Source: Harriotta raleighana (taxonomy: Eukaryota). Taken from it: DNA of 64,000 bases. Where the stretch lies: NCBI GenBank assembly GCA_050575255.1, contig JBNZDD010013709.1:2572220-2636219 (forward strand). Reading direction: 5' to 3'. Below the pieces are notes generated by a model that had not been told where the DNA came from, did no database searches, and was given only the letters and a program-made list of their open reading frames with translations. Position numbers and translations under genes: made by a program. The stretch's first letter is position 1. Each line of letters starts with the position of its first letter. Of this stretch, positions 51,080 to 64,000 are shown in pieces.

Positions 51080-52325
51080 TAGAACCCGTTGTTGACAATC
51101 AACTTTGCACACACCTCTCCTTCTACTCCCTTTTTGAACCTCGCCAGTTTGGTTTCCACCCTGCCCACAGTATCCTCTCTATCTGTGAACCAGAGCTCCC
51201 TCTGCCCCCTTGTCCTCCCGGTCTCCACCGCCTTCGACACAGTCGATCATGCCATCCTCCTCCACCACTTGTCCTCCGTCATCCACCTCAGTGGGACTGC
51301 ACTTGTCTGGTTGAAGTTCTAATTCACTAACCTCCAGCAGCACATCACTACTAAGGCTTTTCCTCTCGCTTTCACCCAAACACCTGTGGGGTACCCCAGG
51401 ATCCATTCCTTCTCTTCCTAATCTACCTCTTGGTGATGTTATCCACAGACATGAGGTACACTTCCACATTGTTGTGGTTGACACCCAACTCTACTTTTCC
51501 ACCTCAATTTGTGATCCTCAGTCCCCTGATGTTCTGTCAGCCTGTCTGTCAGTCATCAAGAGCTGAATGAGTGCAAATTTCCTTCAGCTCAATGTTGACA
51601 AGACAGAAGCCATATTTTTTGACTCTCATTGATGTCTTCAATCCCATGGTTCTCACCTCCTCCACCTTCCAGACCTCCCGCTAAAACTCTCCGAACCCGT
51701 ACACAATTTAGGCATCAGTTTCACCCCCATTTATCCATCCTCCCCCACATCCAGTCCCTCAACAGCACCGCTTTCTTCCATTTCAATGCATTGCCAATAT
51801 CTCACCCCAAAAGTCACCAAAACATTGGTCCAGGCTTTTGTCACCTCTTGGCTGGACTATTCCAATGCCCTTTTCACTGGTCTCCCCTCCGCCACCATTC
51901 ATAAAATTCAGGTTATTCAAAATTCCGCCACCCACATTCTCACCTGAACCAAACTTTGTTCCCCGAATACCCCAGGACTTGCCAGGCTTCACTGGCTCCA
52001 TGTCTCGGAGCTCATTGATTTCAAGATCCTCACTCTTGTTTTCAAATCCGTCCTTTCCTCTACACCCCGCTACTTCTCTGACCTCCTCTCTCCTCATAAC
52101 AGCATCTGTTGCCTTCACTCTACCGGGTCTGGCCTCCTCCTTGTTCCCCGAATCCTCCATTCCATTGTTGGTGGCCATGCCTTCAGCCACAATGACCCGA
52201 GGCTTTTGGTCAACTTTTTTCCTCTCCTCCTGGCTTGGCCCCAGGTTCCATTACTGTGAAGCACTCTGAGACACCATCTGGCATGGGAAGCGCTATATAA
52301 ATCCAAGTTGTTGTTGATGTTGTTG
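51080..52325 (+). mobile_element. L2-clade LINE fragment (subfamily of 5045-5840)
   Basis: STAFDTVDHAILLHHLS..GTALVW, FLQLNVDKTEAI, and a tail ending gcgctatataaatccaagttgttgttg. Confidence 0.9.
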
Positions 52326-52820
52326 GCGGTGAGGCAGAAGTAAGCATTAAACATTCCCTCGGAATGGAGTGGAGTTGAGCTTGCTCCAATGTGACTTCCT
52401 TAGCAATGGGATGTTGGAATTGAATCAACCACCTGTGATAGCCTTGGTCATTTGATTCCTGAGCCACAGGATTTCCATTGTCCTCCAAGACTCTGTTCAT
52501 TGACAGGCCTTTCGCTTTGACAAGTTTTGGATGAGCAGGTCAGAGATATTTCCCACTTTGCTTTGTTAACCCTGCAAGCCAAAGCCCTAACAGCTAGGGT
52601 GGTCCTAGCTGCTTTAGCTGGTTAAACTCCAACAGTACCCCAATGGACACTCTGGCATCCTGAGACTTGGCTCTTGACAGATTTACACCTAATAAACTCC
52701 ATAATAGCCTCGATATGTCACTGTGTACCTCCAGAAAGAATGTGTGCTTTCCATGACAGACAAGGGTAAATTTCCATGCATTGGTTACATACTTATTTGG
52801 CTCTGTGTCTGGTTGAAATA

Positions 52821-53481
52821 CAGGCAGTCCTCTAGTTACGACGTTCCGAGGTACGACAATTCGAAGTTACGACGCTTAATATCAGTAAAATTACGTCCGA
52901 GTTACATCCAAAGTCTCGAAGTTACGACACTACTATGTAAATACTTTAGTTGCCCCACGCGCGATAGAAAACTGGAGTCGCCGCTCTCAACACTTACGGG
53001 ACCACGATACGCGTTCAGGAGGCGAGACGCGAGTGTGTACTGTACAGGTACTGTGTGAGTCTGTGAGCTCGGCGGTACAGTACTCTCGAGCCGTTAGACT
53101 GCGCTACGTCACCTGTGATCTGCGTTGCGCTACGTCGCATGTGATCTCCTGCGTTGCACTATGTCGCATGTGATCTGCGTTGCGCTACGTCGGGTGTAAT
53201 CTCCTGTGTTGCGCTACGTCGCGTGTGATCTCCTGTGTTGCGCTACATCGAGTGCCAGATTCACAATGAAGCCATGTAAGTATAGTAATATTTTATTTTA
53301 TTTACAGTACTGTACATATTAGGAGGGGTGCAGGGGAGAGAGGGCAGCCCACTATACACTACAACCAATCACTGTATGTTACTGTAAGCATTATAGGGGG
53401 GTGACTCGACTTACATACAAATTCGACTTAGGAACCTAACATTTTAGGAACCTAACCCTGACGTAACTTGAGGACTGCCTG
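52821..53481. mobile_element. Tc1/mariner-superfamily (Tigger/pogo-like) MITE
   Basis: TIRs CAGGCAGTCCTCTAGTTACG / CGTAACTTGAGGACTGCCTG (19 of 20 match) with TA on both sides (52819-20, 53482-83). CpG-rich, non-coding, with an internal 26-29 bp tandem repeat at ~53098-53250. Confidence 0.93.
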
Positions 53482-56068
53482 TACTCGTAAGCTAAGCATA
53501 GGGTTAAATTTCCATACTGTCAGATATCGGTTGACCAAACAGAGAGTGAAATGGAATGTTATATCGTATCCTCAATAACAGCCTCCACAATGACCTCCTG
53601 GGACCAGTCTTTGAGCCATACAAACTAGAAAGTTGTAGGTTCCAATCACAGTCTCTCCAATATACAGTGGAATTGGAAATTTTTTATATGTATTTTCTTA
53701 AAGTTAGTGGGATTTATGAACACAGGAGTCTCAAAATCCTGTTAAGAGTACCAGCCAACTGGCGGGTTCCCCATTAGATTGTATCAGAGTAGAAGTCTTG
53801 ACATGTATTCAGTTATCGGAAGGAGTCCCAGAAGAGAAGATTCCTTATGAAATCATCCCCAAAGAAACTCTGAAATTAGGTCTGAATGCCAATCAATTTG
53901 ATTGAGAAAGCAAAACCAATAGACTAACAGTAACTCTATTAAAATGATCTGTGTCAGAGTTTACTTTGGACCCATGGATGTTAGCTAAGCAAATAGTCAG
54001 GTGTGGTTTATTATGTCTTCTCTTATAAAGCATAAACCTTTGTGAAGAAGAAAGGGCCAAAAAACCTCAGGTCAAAGTCCACGTCTACATATAGATAAGT
54101 GCTTAAAATAGCTGTTTGGTCAACCGATATGCAAACAGTCAGATTAATAGCACTGAGTACATTTTTGAAAAACACTGGATACCTTTTTTTTTCGTATTTT
54201 ACATGCTGAACAGTTGTAGAATTTTAATATATAAATATATATATCTATGTGAGCAACACAGTTTGTAGAAGCAGAATTCGAAAGGCATCAAATTAAATCT
54301 AACAAAATGAGGTGAAATTGTCAATTCTAACAGACTTATTATCTAACATGTTATGGAACAGATCTCTAGTAGATCTGCATTTCGAGCCTGTCAGGACCAT
54401 TGTCTGACTATGAGATAAGAGGTTTGTTAGATAAAAAGCCATATGTAATTTCCTGAAATAGGATCTGAAAGACCCATCTGCTGATTCAGTTGATGGTGTG
54501 GTCAAAATTTATTAATTTGACTGCATTGGGGTTAAATGGGCACATTTAAAAACAGAAATCGCTGTGCTAATACTGGAGGTGTATTTATTTGTCAACCACA
54601 AATACAGTCACTACACTTTGGGAATGATCTGTGAAGACCTTCAAAGATTTTTAAAAAGCACACTGAAGCACCTTTAATTAAGAAAATGCCAGTCCTTTCT
54701 TTAAGCTTGTCTGTACTGGTTTGCAATACAATTATAGCAACTTGCATTTATATAGCAACCTTCAAATAGGATTGCATCTCAGAGCGCTTCATGGGTTAAT
54801 ACAATTGTATGTTTGTACTAATATCTACAGTATTAGATATTACTAGTAATACAGTAATACCTACATTCTCTTAAACATGTCCTCAATTGGTATAGTTCGC
54901 ACCTATGGCTAATAAGTGAACCAGTTTCACTCTGCTCAAGCCAAGCAAGTATCCTAATGCACCCATCTAAACTTACATACTGGAGGATAAGAAGTACAGT
55001 ATTTTAAAAATGTTAGTCATTTACCGACAGTCATAATTGTAGGGCAGCATCCAATTAAAGAAGGAAAATAAAAGAACTTGTGTTTTTATCGTGCTTTATC
55101 TGGTAAATTTTTTGAAATACTTCACCGGTAATTTTTGAGGTGAGAAAGCACTCCTCAGGAAAGTAGTTGTTTAACTGGTAATTCCTGTCATAAACCACAT
55201 CCACAGCAAGGATCTTCATGTGCTTAACACTGGCTCACAAGATCCCAGCTTCAAAGTGATTGTGGGTCAGAGCTGACGTTTAGCAAATTGGCAAGTCCAC
55301 CCATGTTGGTGAAGTTCCCTGGAGGAGATGCAGTTTACAATGCAAGGTATTTTTTTTCATCCACAAATCTACCATTATCCTAGTGCCCCAATATCGAGTC
55401 AAGTGTCAAAGTACTAAAATTGTTAAATATCACTTGCATTCACAACGGTGTTTGGAATGAAGGCTTCTGTGAAACAAGCCTTGTTTATTTATGTTATATT
55501 TTTCTCTCTTCTAAACAAGTTACCGTTATAGAAACTTGTGTTTCTCCCCTTCATGGGAAGCACTCTCCTCTCCCTCCCTCTCCCCCCCACCCCCACGAGC
55601 CAAGTAAGTTTTGTGGATCTATGTGATATTCTTTGCCTAGCCAACAACGGTTAATCTTACAACCTCAATTTTGCAGTGAAAATGCTTTTACTTTTCAGGT
55701 GAAGCTCAGCACCTCTTCCCTTTCACCTCTTGTCAAGAACAGATTACTTGGGATGATTGCCATACACACACAGCTCGGCTAGTTTTCATTGTCTGATAAA
55801 AATGTTCCATTAGATCAGAATTCATTTCCAGATTAAGTTTGTGATTGTTGGCCAGATGGCCGCAGTTGGCATTTATCTCATTTATATTATTTAACCTGAA
55901 TCACAAGATGTGTAATTTTTATTTCACCCACAAACCATAGTCATTGGTGTATTCTAGTATATTCTGTGAAGCTTTTTGATATATTCTGTGAAGCGCTTTC
56001 AGACGTCTCGAAGATGTGATAAGGCACTACAGCAAATGCAAAGGATTATTATTATTTAGAACCACAAT

Positions 56069-56381
56069 AGGATAGGGAAAAGCTGTTGCCTTTGGTAGGT
56101 GTGTCTAAAATATCTACCAAAAGAAGCAGAGGGGAGGTTAGAAGAATTTTTTTTACTCAGCGAGTTGTTCGAATCTGCCTGAAAGGGTAGTGAGGTCCGA
56201 TTTGATAACAGCTTTAAAGAGAGAACTAGATAGGTATCTGGGGAAGACGGGTTTGTAGGATTATGGGGAGAAAGCTGGTGATTGGGGTTAATAAAAATGA
56301 CATTGCTCTGTCAAAGAGCCGACACAGACTCGATGGGCCGAATGGCCTCCTTCTGTGCCGTAACATTCTATGATTCTATGA
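56069..56381 (+). mobile_element. CR1 LINE 3' end
   Basis: ..RRIFFTQRVV..FKRELDRYL.. then gatgggccgaatggcctccttctgtgccgtaac and the ATTCTATG repeat tail. Confidence 0.9.
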
Positions 56382-59354
56382 AATATTTTCCCCTCCACTT
56401 TCCTAGCTTCTAACCTGCACACTGCCCTTCCGTTGGAGGTTATAGTTACACCAGTATAGAGCCTGGGCTGGAGCAGTTATTTAGTGCTTTCCCCCAACCC
56501 CACCATCAGATCTCGTTTTCACAGGGCGAAGGAGGGCAGTGAAAGTAGTCTGGCTATCAAGCCATTAGTAATTAGTAATTAGTAACCATTAGTAATAATC
56601 TTTGCATTTGATTTAGTGTACTGTATATAATAAAAGTAATAAGTAGCACTTGAATGGGCTTTCATGCAGCCAACACTTCCAAAATACTTATCAAATATAA
56701 CTGATTTGAAATGAAATGAAATGTTATGTCGACAAATTTGGCAGCTAATTTGTCCCAATTAAAGTCCCGCAAACAATATCGAGAAACTTAACCAATTAAT
56801 TAGAATTTTAGGCTAAATTTGGATTTGGGAAGGACTCTCATTTCTTTATTAATAATACCAGTAATAATCCTTGCATTTGATATACAGTAGTGCCTTTCAT
56901 AACAGGTAGCTATTTATTGGTGATTTATTGATCAATTTATTGGTACATTTGTTGGCCAGGGCATGGAAATTCACTTCTCTTTACAAGTAATGTCAAATAA
57001 CAAAGTAACTCTTTACAAATAATGTTATGGAATCTTTAACGTCCACCTGAACAGGCAGGCAGGGCTTTGTTTGTTCAATGATTGATAAGTTGTGTAAATA
57101 GTAATAAAATAGTAAAGTCTGTGTTCTATCTAACACATTTCTTTGTTTCGCTAAAAAACAAGGAACTGAGAAGCATTACAAACGTGACTATTATGTACAC
57201 TGCTTTATGATGTTTTGACGTTACAAGATGGAATGTTAAAAAAGTTTTATTATTGTAAGTAATCTTTTCCTTGTTATTTTCACCTTTTTAATGATAAGCA
57301 GGCACAATTTGTGATTTAAGTAACAATGTAAAAGTTGTATTTAAATTTAGCAAAGGTTTGTTGGCATGTTTTATTATACAATGTATATAATGTGGACTGC
57401 TTTGATTGGAATTATGGCAGGAAGGTTTAAACTATTACTGGCCTTGTGTGGATATGTTACGAGTTACTTCACTTTATGTACAAATATACCCAATGTGTTT
57501 GTGAAAAGCTTAAGTTTCCTGTTTCACAGCTTGTTAAAATTACAGTAGCTTACACAGAGGCCTAAAGAGAACTTGATTATTTTATAGCACCTTGTCACAA
57601 TGTTTTTAAATGTTTCATCAGTAATTATGGTCACACTGGGAGTAGGGATTCTTCCCATTCAACTACTGTTAACCCTGCAAGCCAAAACCCGAACGTGAAG
57701 CGTGATCCAAGCTTAACAAGCTGGGGGCAGCTGTTAAACAGTGTTCTCAATGGTTAGCTATGTAGTTTTTTAGCTTATTAAACCCCAGCAATATCCTTAC
57801 AGACACTCTAGGATTCCCAAGTTTTAGCTTTTGGCAGACTTGCACTTAAGACTCTCTGGAAATAGTTAAGCTGGGTACATTCCTCCAGGGAGAGAGTCTG
57901 TATTCACTTCCAGACACGGGGAAATTTCCATGCTTAGGTGGCAAATCTGGTTTGGGTTTTTGCTTGTGTCACTGGCAGCTTGTGCCTGTGGTATGCACAA
58001 TCCTATGTTTGTACCTGCAGTGTACACAGTCTTTTGCTTATCTATTACAAATAATAGGTTAACAAGGAGATTGGCAACAAGTTTCAGTGAATTTATGAAC
58101 AGAGCCTGTGACGCAGTCAAAGAACTTGTGCAAATGGTTTGTGTGTGTTCAGCCTCCTACTACCATCACTGTCTTCATTAATGTTATATAAATGCTCATG
58201 AAACAGATCACCACCCACTACAATAGGCTTGAGAACCAACAGGGCAGCTAAATAGATAGGGAATTGCTCCCAGAAATGCAGGACTCCACCTTCAGTATAT
58301 AAGGACTCCACCTTCAGATGAATCACTGAACCAGGTTTCAAAAGATCATTACAAGATTGGTTTGGATAGTTTTTAAACAAATCCAGTGTCTTGGTTTGAG
58401 CCACACGTCCTGGCAATAGTTTCCAATCATTAATTACCCTCTGAGTAAAGAAAACTTTCTGGTGTCTGACCTGAAATTGCGCTTTGCAACTCTAAGCTGC
58501 TTATGTCCTTTTGTTCCATCGTTTTGTTCCATCCCAAGTATTGTTCTGGGTTTACTTTGAATCCTGTTAAACATGTTATGTACCTATATGAGTTCCCTTC
58601 TTTGAGACAACAACAAGATAACATTTATAGAGTGCTTTTCACGTTGGGAGGACATCCCAAGACCCTGACATCTTCTCCCAAGTTTGAAGAGCCCTAGCAT
58701 GTCTAATTGTTAGCCACACATCATTCGTCTAAAATTTGGGGGGAGTGGGGGGGAGGGTGCAGTCGTGCTTTTATGAGAGTCTGCAAGGTACAATGTTACC
58801 CTTGGGACACAGCACTTAATTCATATGAATTGAAAGACGATTGCTGCTTCTTCCATCGTGAATCACAACTTTTATCTGAATGTTAGTAAATATGTACCAA
58901 GTAGGTAATTGAATAGTGAGATTTATCCTTTGATAGAATTGTGAGGGATCTATGTTATGCTCAGCAGCAATGAAGATCTCAACTTTGTGTTCTAGGGATG
59001 TGTAACAAACTGCTCAGAATGATCATTGTTACCGTATATTGTACCATCACCTGTGTGAAGCCGACAAAAAACCTTTCATTTACAACCACAAAGCTCATCT
59101 ATGAATGCAGTCACTACACTTTGCAGGATAAACCATGAAGTGCTTTGAGACGCACTCTTGATGTAAAAGGCAATATACCAAATGCAAAGATTTTTAATGC
59201 TGCAAAATTATTTGAAAGGGATTGCTGCACTGGCTTGATTTTTAGGTGTGACACTGATCCACAAAAGTTTCCGATTGTTTTTCAGTCAACGCTCAGTTAG
59301 CTGATCTCAGATGAAGCAGTAGGTAGGGGAGGGAGATTACAGTTAGTGGTGATG

Positions 59355-59406
59355 TCAGCGCCTTGGGACGTCCTCCTGACGTGAAACGCGCTCTATAAAT
59401 GTAATT

Positions 59407-59440
<34 letters not shown>
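59355..59440 (+). mobile_element. Minimal L2 3' terminus with long (TTG)n tail
   Basis: cagcgccttgggacgtcctcctgacgtgaaacgcgctctataaatgtaattt followed by about 11 TTG units. Confidence 0.88.
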
Positions 59441-60439
59441 AGGTTAGAGAGGGCAAAATGTAGTCTGAACATTTACAGATGACATCTGCTGGAAAAGTCT
59501 GTGTGTGTGGATGCTGGATTGAGTTTTGCTGTAATGCTTCACATGATTGAGCCACAGTCCGAACTCATTTTGATAAAGTTCCAAAAATGTTCTATATTCA
59601 GGGGCAACGAAGCCAGAATCCTTAGAAGAGGAAGAAATTTTTTTTAATGGTAAAACAAACGCATCTTTGATAAGCACAAATACCATTTACTCACAGGTGT
59701 TTGTTGCCCTTTGCACAGAGAATAGTCCATTACATTCTGTGTGTAAAGTTCATGTTGCTATTATGGTTTCTTCCTCGTGACACAGGCAATATCAATGAAC
59801 GTGTCTTCAGCTTGATGATGACTGAGCAATGTACGATTAATGGGAACCTTGCCCTTTCAGTGGTTAAATATCACCATTGTATTCAGCATGGAATTTCACC
59901 AAGAAGTGCAACTCTCTTTGTACTGACCTGAAAGAACTGAATTCATTTGCAATACTCTAGTCGATCTTTACAAAATGCAATCGGGGTGATTCAGTTCTTC
60001 CGTGGACACGTTTGGAATTAGATCGGTTTCAATAAAGTCGCCTGAACATAAAGTGACAGTTCCCGTGAGGTAAATGCTTGGACATTAGTGCATGGGCTGG
60101 TTGAGCGACATAAAATGCAGAGAGCTCAAATCCCTTTCAGTGTTCCATGTAGTGGCAGTGATGTGGTCAGCTTCTAATGGGATTTCTCCTATTTTGCAGT
60201 ATATTCTGCCACCACCAAAAATCAATAGTATGGAATGAAGATCAGCAACTTTTAACCCTTGGATCTACTAATGTGCAGTGCACCAAGTTCACCAGAGAGA
60301 TCCTGATTTGAATTATGGATTATTATTGGGTGTAATTGAATGCTGCATTTCACCCAGAAAACATAGTCAATTCACCTTACAGTATATTCTTTGAAGCTCT
60401 TTGAGATGTCAAGAAGATGTGATAAGGCACTATACCAAA

Positions 60440-60767
60440 TAATAATAATAATAATAATCCTTGCATTTGATATAGCGCTTTTCACGTCTTATCAACGTCC
60501 CAAAGCGCTTCACAGAATATACTGTAAAGTGAATTGACTGTACATTTGTGGGCGGAACGCGGCAGCCAATTGCGCACAGCAGTGTCCCACAAACAGTCAT
60601 GGATTGAAATGACCAATTTTATTATTGTGTTTTTTTTTGGAGGGATTATTATTAGGCATGTGGAGTAAGGAAACTTGCCCAAGGTTTCGCCCTGATCTGC
60701 CTGGATTCGAACACAGGACTCATGCTTGTAAGGCGAGTGCTCTAACCACTTAGCCACAGGAGCTCCA
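60440..60767 (-). mobile_element. Young full-length tRNA-derived SINE with L2-type tail
   Basis: Reverse head TGGAGCTCCTGTGGCTAAGTGGTTAGAGC..GTTCGAATCC; CpGs largely intact; (TAT)n tail. Confidence 0.92.
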
Positions 60768-60773
60768 CTAGTA

Positions 60774-61154
60774 CAGTAAAACACCGATTATCTGGCACGC
60801 TTTGTGGGGAGAGGGGCGATCGACTAATTGATTGTGCCGGATAAATGGAGGACAAGTTGCCGAAAACCCAACATTAAAAATTTACTTATTTTAAAACTAG
60901 ACTACATAGTAACAGAATATTGAACGGATACTTTCCAATAAAGCATTCCAGAACAGTTGGTAAAAAATTCAGTAAAGCAACATTTTTTACCAATCGGTAA
61001 AAAACCCAAGTTCGTAAGTTTAATAAGTGCGCATGCACACGCATTGCACGCATGCGCAAAATGAGCAAACTCGCGATTGCTGGAATGGGCAATTGGCCCG
61101 GGAGGGGGTCGAGCAATCTGGTTGATCGGGTCACGGATAAACAAGGTTTTACTG
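60774..61154. mobile_element. Tigger/pogo-like MITE (second family)
   Basis: Imperfect TIRs CAGTAAAACACCGATTATCTG / CGGATAAACAAGGTTTTACTG, preceded by TA and followed by TG; CpG-rich interior. Confidence 0.75.
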
Positions 61155-62614
61155 TGTTATTATTATTACTATTTCCCTTTCTTCTCTCTATACCCTCTCA
61201 ATACTTTTATTGATGGGCAGTGTTACAGAGTCACAGCCAGAGATCTACAGTGCAGTTGAAGCCGCTTACCATATCTCATCTTGAAATCTAATCTGCAAAA
61301 CTATGGAAATAATTTCATGAGATAATTGTGTACAGAGCAGTGTTGGCATTTGCACATAATTTTCTCTTGCTTTTATAATTCTATACTCAGTGATCTGAGA
61401 CACCACCCTGCATGAAGTATGCTACACAAATGCAAGGGTTTGTACTTTTATTGTATTTTAGCTCTGATAAAGCAAACTTCCTGGCTGAATGCTAAGGGGA
61501 TGGGGAGAAGAATCTGTTACAGGTTAGGTAGTTGTAGTATTTTGTGTCACCTTGGTTTGGTTGTCAACGCTCTTATTTCTCATGGGTCAGAAGTTCATGG
61601 GTTCAAACCCTCTGGACTTGAGATTACAATACTAATAATCAAGTTCCTGCTCATCTTGAGCTACTTCATCTGAGGTCCTGTCCTTTGAATGAGACAGTAT
61701 ATCCCAAAAAATGAGACATCTCGACGATGTGATAAGGCACTATATCAAATATAGGGATTATTATTTATAACACATAAACGTTCATAAAATCATAAGCATG
61801 GAACATGAAAAGGCCGTTTGCTTTCCTTGTGTAAAGCTCCAGGACTGAATGACCGAGGATCTGGATTCTCTGAGTTTACCCATCGCAGGCCCCTTTCTGA
61901 TATCCTCTTGCGTTGATGTTCCCAATACCAGACTGATATCTCTTGGCACAGCAGGAGAGAGTTTCCTTCTTTTAATTACGCTCGTACTTTCTGCTGGTGA
62001 AATTAGCAAGCGCTGAACATAAATGGAAAGGCTCAGCAGCAGGAAGAGAGGCCGAGTCGAGAGGGTTGTTTACATTGGTGTTAATTGCAGCGATCATTTT
62101 CTATGCTGTCATTATGCGAGTGATGTTTGTCAGGCGTTATATCAATCTGCTGTCAACCAGGAAAAATTAGAAAAAGAAAGTGGCAATGATTCAAATTTGA
62201 AATTAAGGAGTGAAATTCATGACCATTTCCTTAAGATGTTCAGTGTAATATTTATAGATATTTGTCATATCAAACACATTATGAACTGTGTTCATAATCA
62301 CCCCATAACTGTTGGAAACACCAGAGCTCTCACCCTCACCGTCAACCTCTGTGTTCCTTCAGATTTTTTTTGTACATTTTCAGTAATTCCTGTTTTTAAA
62401 TTGGTGAATGATATTACGGTATTAAGATCAATTTAGGGGTGTGTTTGATTTGTATCGCATAATTTTCACCTGCATGTCCTGCACATAAAATCCTTACACT
62501 CAAACACACCTCAAGACTTCTGTGATGTTCTCAAAGGTAACATTCATTGAGATCAAATTTGGTCACTCAATCTACATCTGTTTGTGGTACACTGCTGTAT
62601 GCAATTGGCTGCCA

Positions 62615-63176
62615 TCAGAGGATCAAATTCAAGATACTCGTCCTCACTTTCAAGGCCATTCACAAATTGCTCCGCCTATCTCTCCGACCTGCTGTCTCCC
62701 TATCAGCTGGCCTCTCCCCTTCCTTCAGCGGGCTCTGGCCTGCTCCATGTCCCCTGCCCAAGCCATCCAACCATCGGTGACCAGGTTTTCAGTCTCTCTG
62801 CCCCCACACTCTGGAACTCCATCCCGTAATCCCTTCACCTCGCTTTCTTCCTTTCCTCCTTCAAGGCTGGACTCAAGACCTTCCTCTTCGACCATGCCTT
62901 CTGCTTCCCTCCTGGTTTCCCCAGAACAGCTCAACTAACTCTCCTTTTTGGGCAGCCAGAGTGAATTCTGTTTTATGTTAAACGGAAGAAGCAGGAAAGA
63001 GTTTTCTAATGGCCGATTCCTAAAAAAAAATGGTCTCCCCTTTTCTACTCTCCTGCCCCGGCCACTACTCCGACCCTTCCCTGCCTGCTCAGGTCCCGAC
63101 ATAACTGTTCAGCACCTTGGGACATCCTCCCGATGTGAAAGGCACTCTATAAATGTAATTTTGTTGTTGTTGTTGC
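62615..63176 (+). mobile_element. L2-clade LINE 3' end carrying a 108-nt insert
   Basis: QRIKFKILVLTFKAIH..LWNSIP; tail cagcaccttgggacatcctcccgatgtgaaaggcactctataaatgtaattt(tgt)n; sits within a SINE body. Confidence 0.88.
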
Positions 63177-64000
63177 CGCGTTTCACTCAAAAACATAGTC
63201 AATTTACGTTACAGTATATTTTGTGAAGCACTCTGAGATGTCCAGAAGACGCAAAAAGCACTATATCAAATGTGGATTATTATTTTATCTGCAAAATTGA
63301 AATACTGAATGCAATGTTAAAGTTGACCCCATTGTTTTCCTGGATCTGCTCCATTATAATTTTACATTATTAGCCCAGGAAATCCCTGTAACAGATGGAG
63401 GAGCTAAGATTCTTATTGCCTTTTTCAATAGCCTGGATTTTATTTTTCTTTAAAAACAAAAACATTTTGGAGTGATTCTCGAGTGTATGTAGTGCAGAGA
63501 TAATGGGAAATCCCTCTATAAACTGAGTGCCCTGAATTTATCATCTTGTTGAGCCCATGTAACTGACGCTTGTTGCAATGCCTGCTACCACTGCTCTCTC
63601 GTGGTGCTTTTTCACCAAAGTAAGTGTAAGATCGCTTGTCAATTAATCCCTGTTAATTATTTACTTCACAGGTCTCCCCCTACCCCCCTCCCACCATCCC
63701 CCTTCCCTCCCTCCTCCCACCAACCACCCGCACCTTCCCAGGGCCATCCAATTCTTCACAGAGTTCTGTCTGTTCACTGCGACTGGCTTAATACTTATCA
63801 TTGAGACTCAGGCATAATAACCCTCCCACAGACACAGCACAATGTACTCTCAGTGCACCTCGGCCATCAATGGCGTGAAACTAGGTCAAACTCCGTGAAT
63901 GGTGATGTAATGGTTTGGTGGGGGCATTTCCTACACAGAGATGAAGATAGACACAGATCACAATCCATTTACAGTATATCAGAAAAATGACCCCATTCCT

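Larger units (their letters stand above)
20201..64000 (+). other. EPAS1: EPAS1 intron 1 (continues beyond the window)
   Basis: Starts GTAAGA. I could not find the expected exon 2 (..[20 protein letters not shown]..) by reading or in the ORF track. A very long first intron is typical of this gene. Confidence 0.75.

Noticed and set aside
62023-62436. 137-aa ORF starting MERLSSRKRGR as a possible EPAS1 exon 2
   Set aside because: Lacks the bHLH motif ([12 protein letters not shown]) and has no acceptor in the proper phase; more likely non-coding (contains TTGTTTAC at 62066-73).

Overview
This is vertebrate genomic DNA, not prokaryotic. The repeat content (L2 and CR1 LINE fragments, a tRNA-headed SINE with an L2-type tail, Deu-domain SINEs) points to a cartilaginous fish, probably a holocephalan such as elephant shark; the species call is inference. 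The only gene I can support is the 5' end of EPAS1 (HIF-2alpha) on the + strand. It has a long ATG-free leader containing an iron-responsive element (~19795-19827) and a 26-nt coding first exon (20175-20200, MTADKEKK|R) followed by a GT donor. The first intron runs past the window end (>43.8 kb; no bHLH exon 2 found). The rest is decayed retroelements, three non-autonomous DNA transposons with TIRs/TSDs, several motif-dense repeat-free blocks that look like enhancers, and five single-N tandem duplications that are most likely assembly artefacts. Almost all ORFs in the supplied track are spurious or LINE remnants. The most notable item is the HIF-2alpha IRE with an atypical loop/upper stem. I found no multi-gene novel system.
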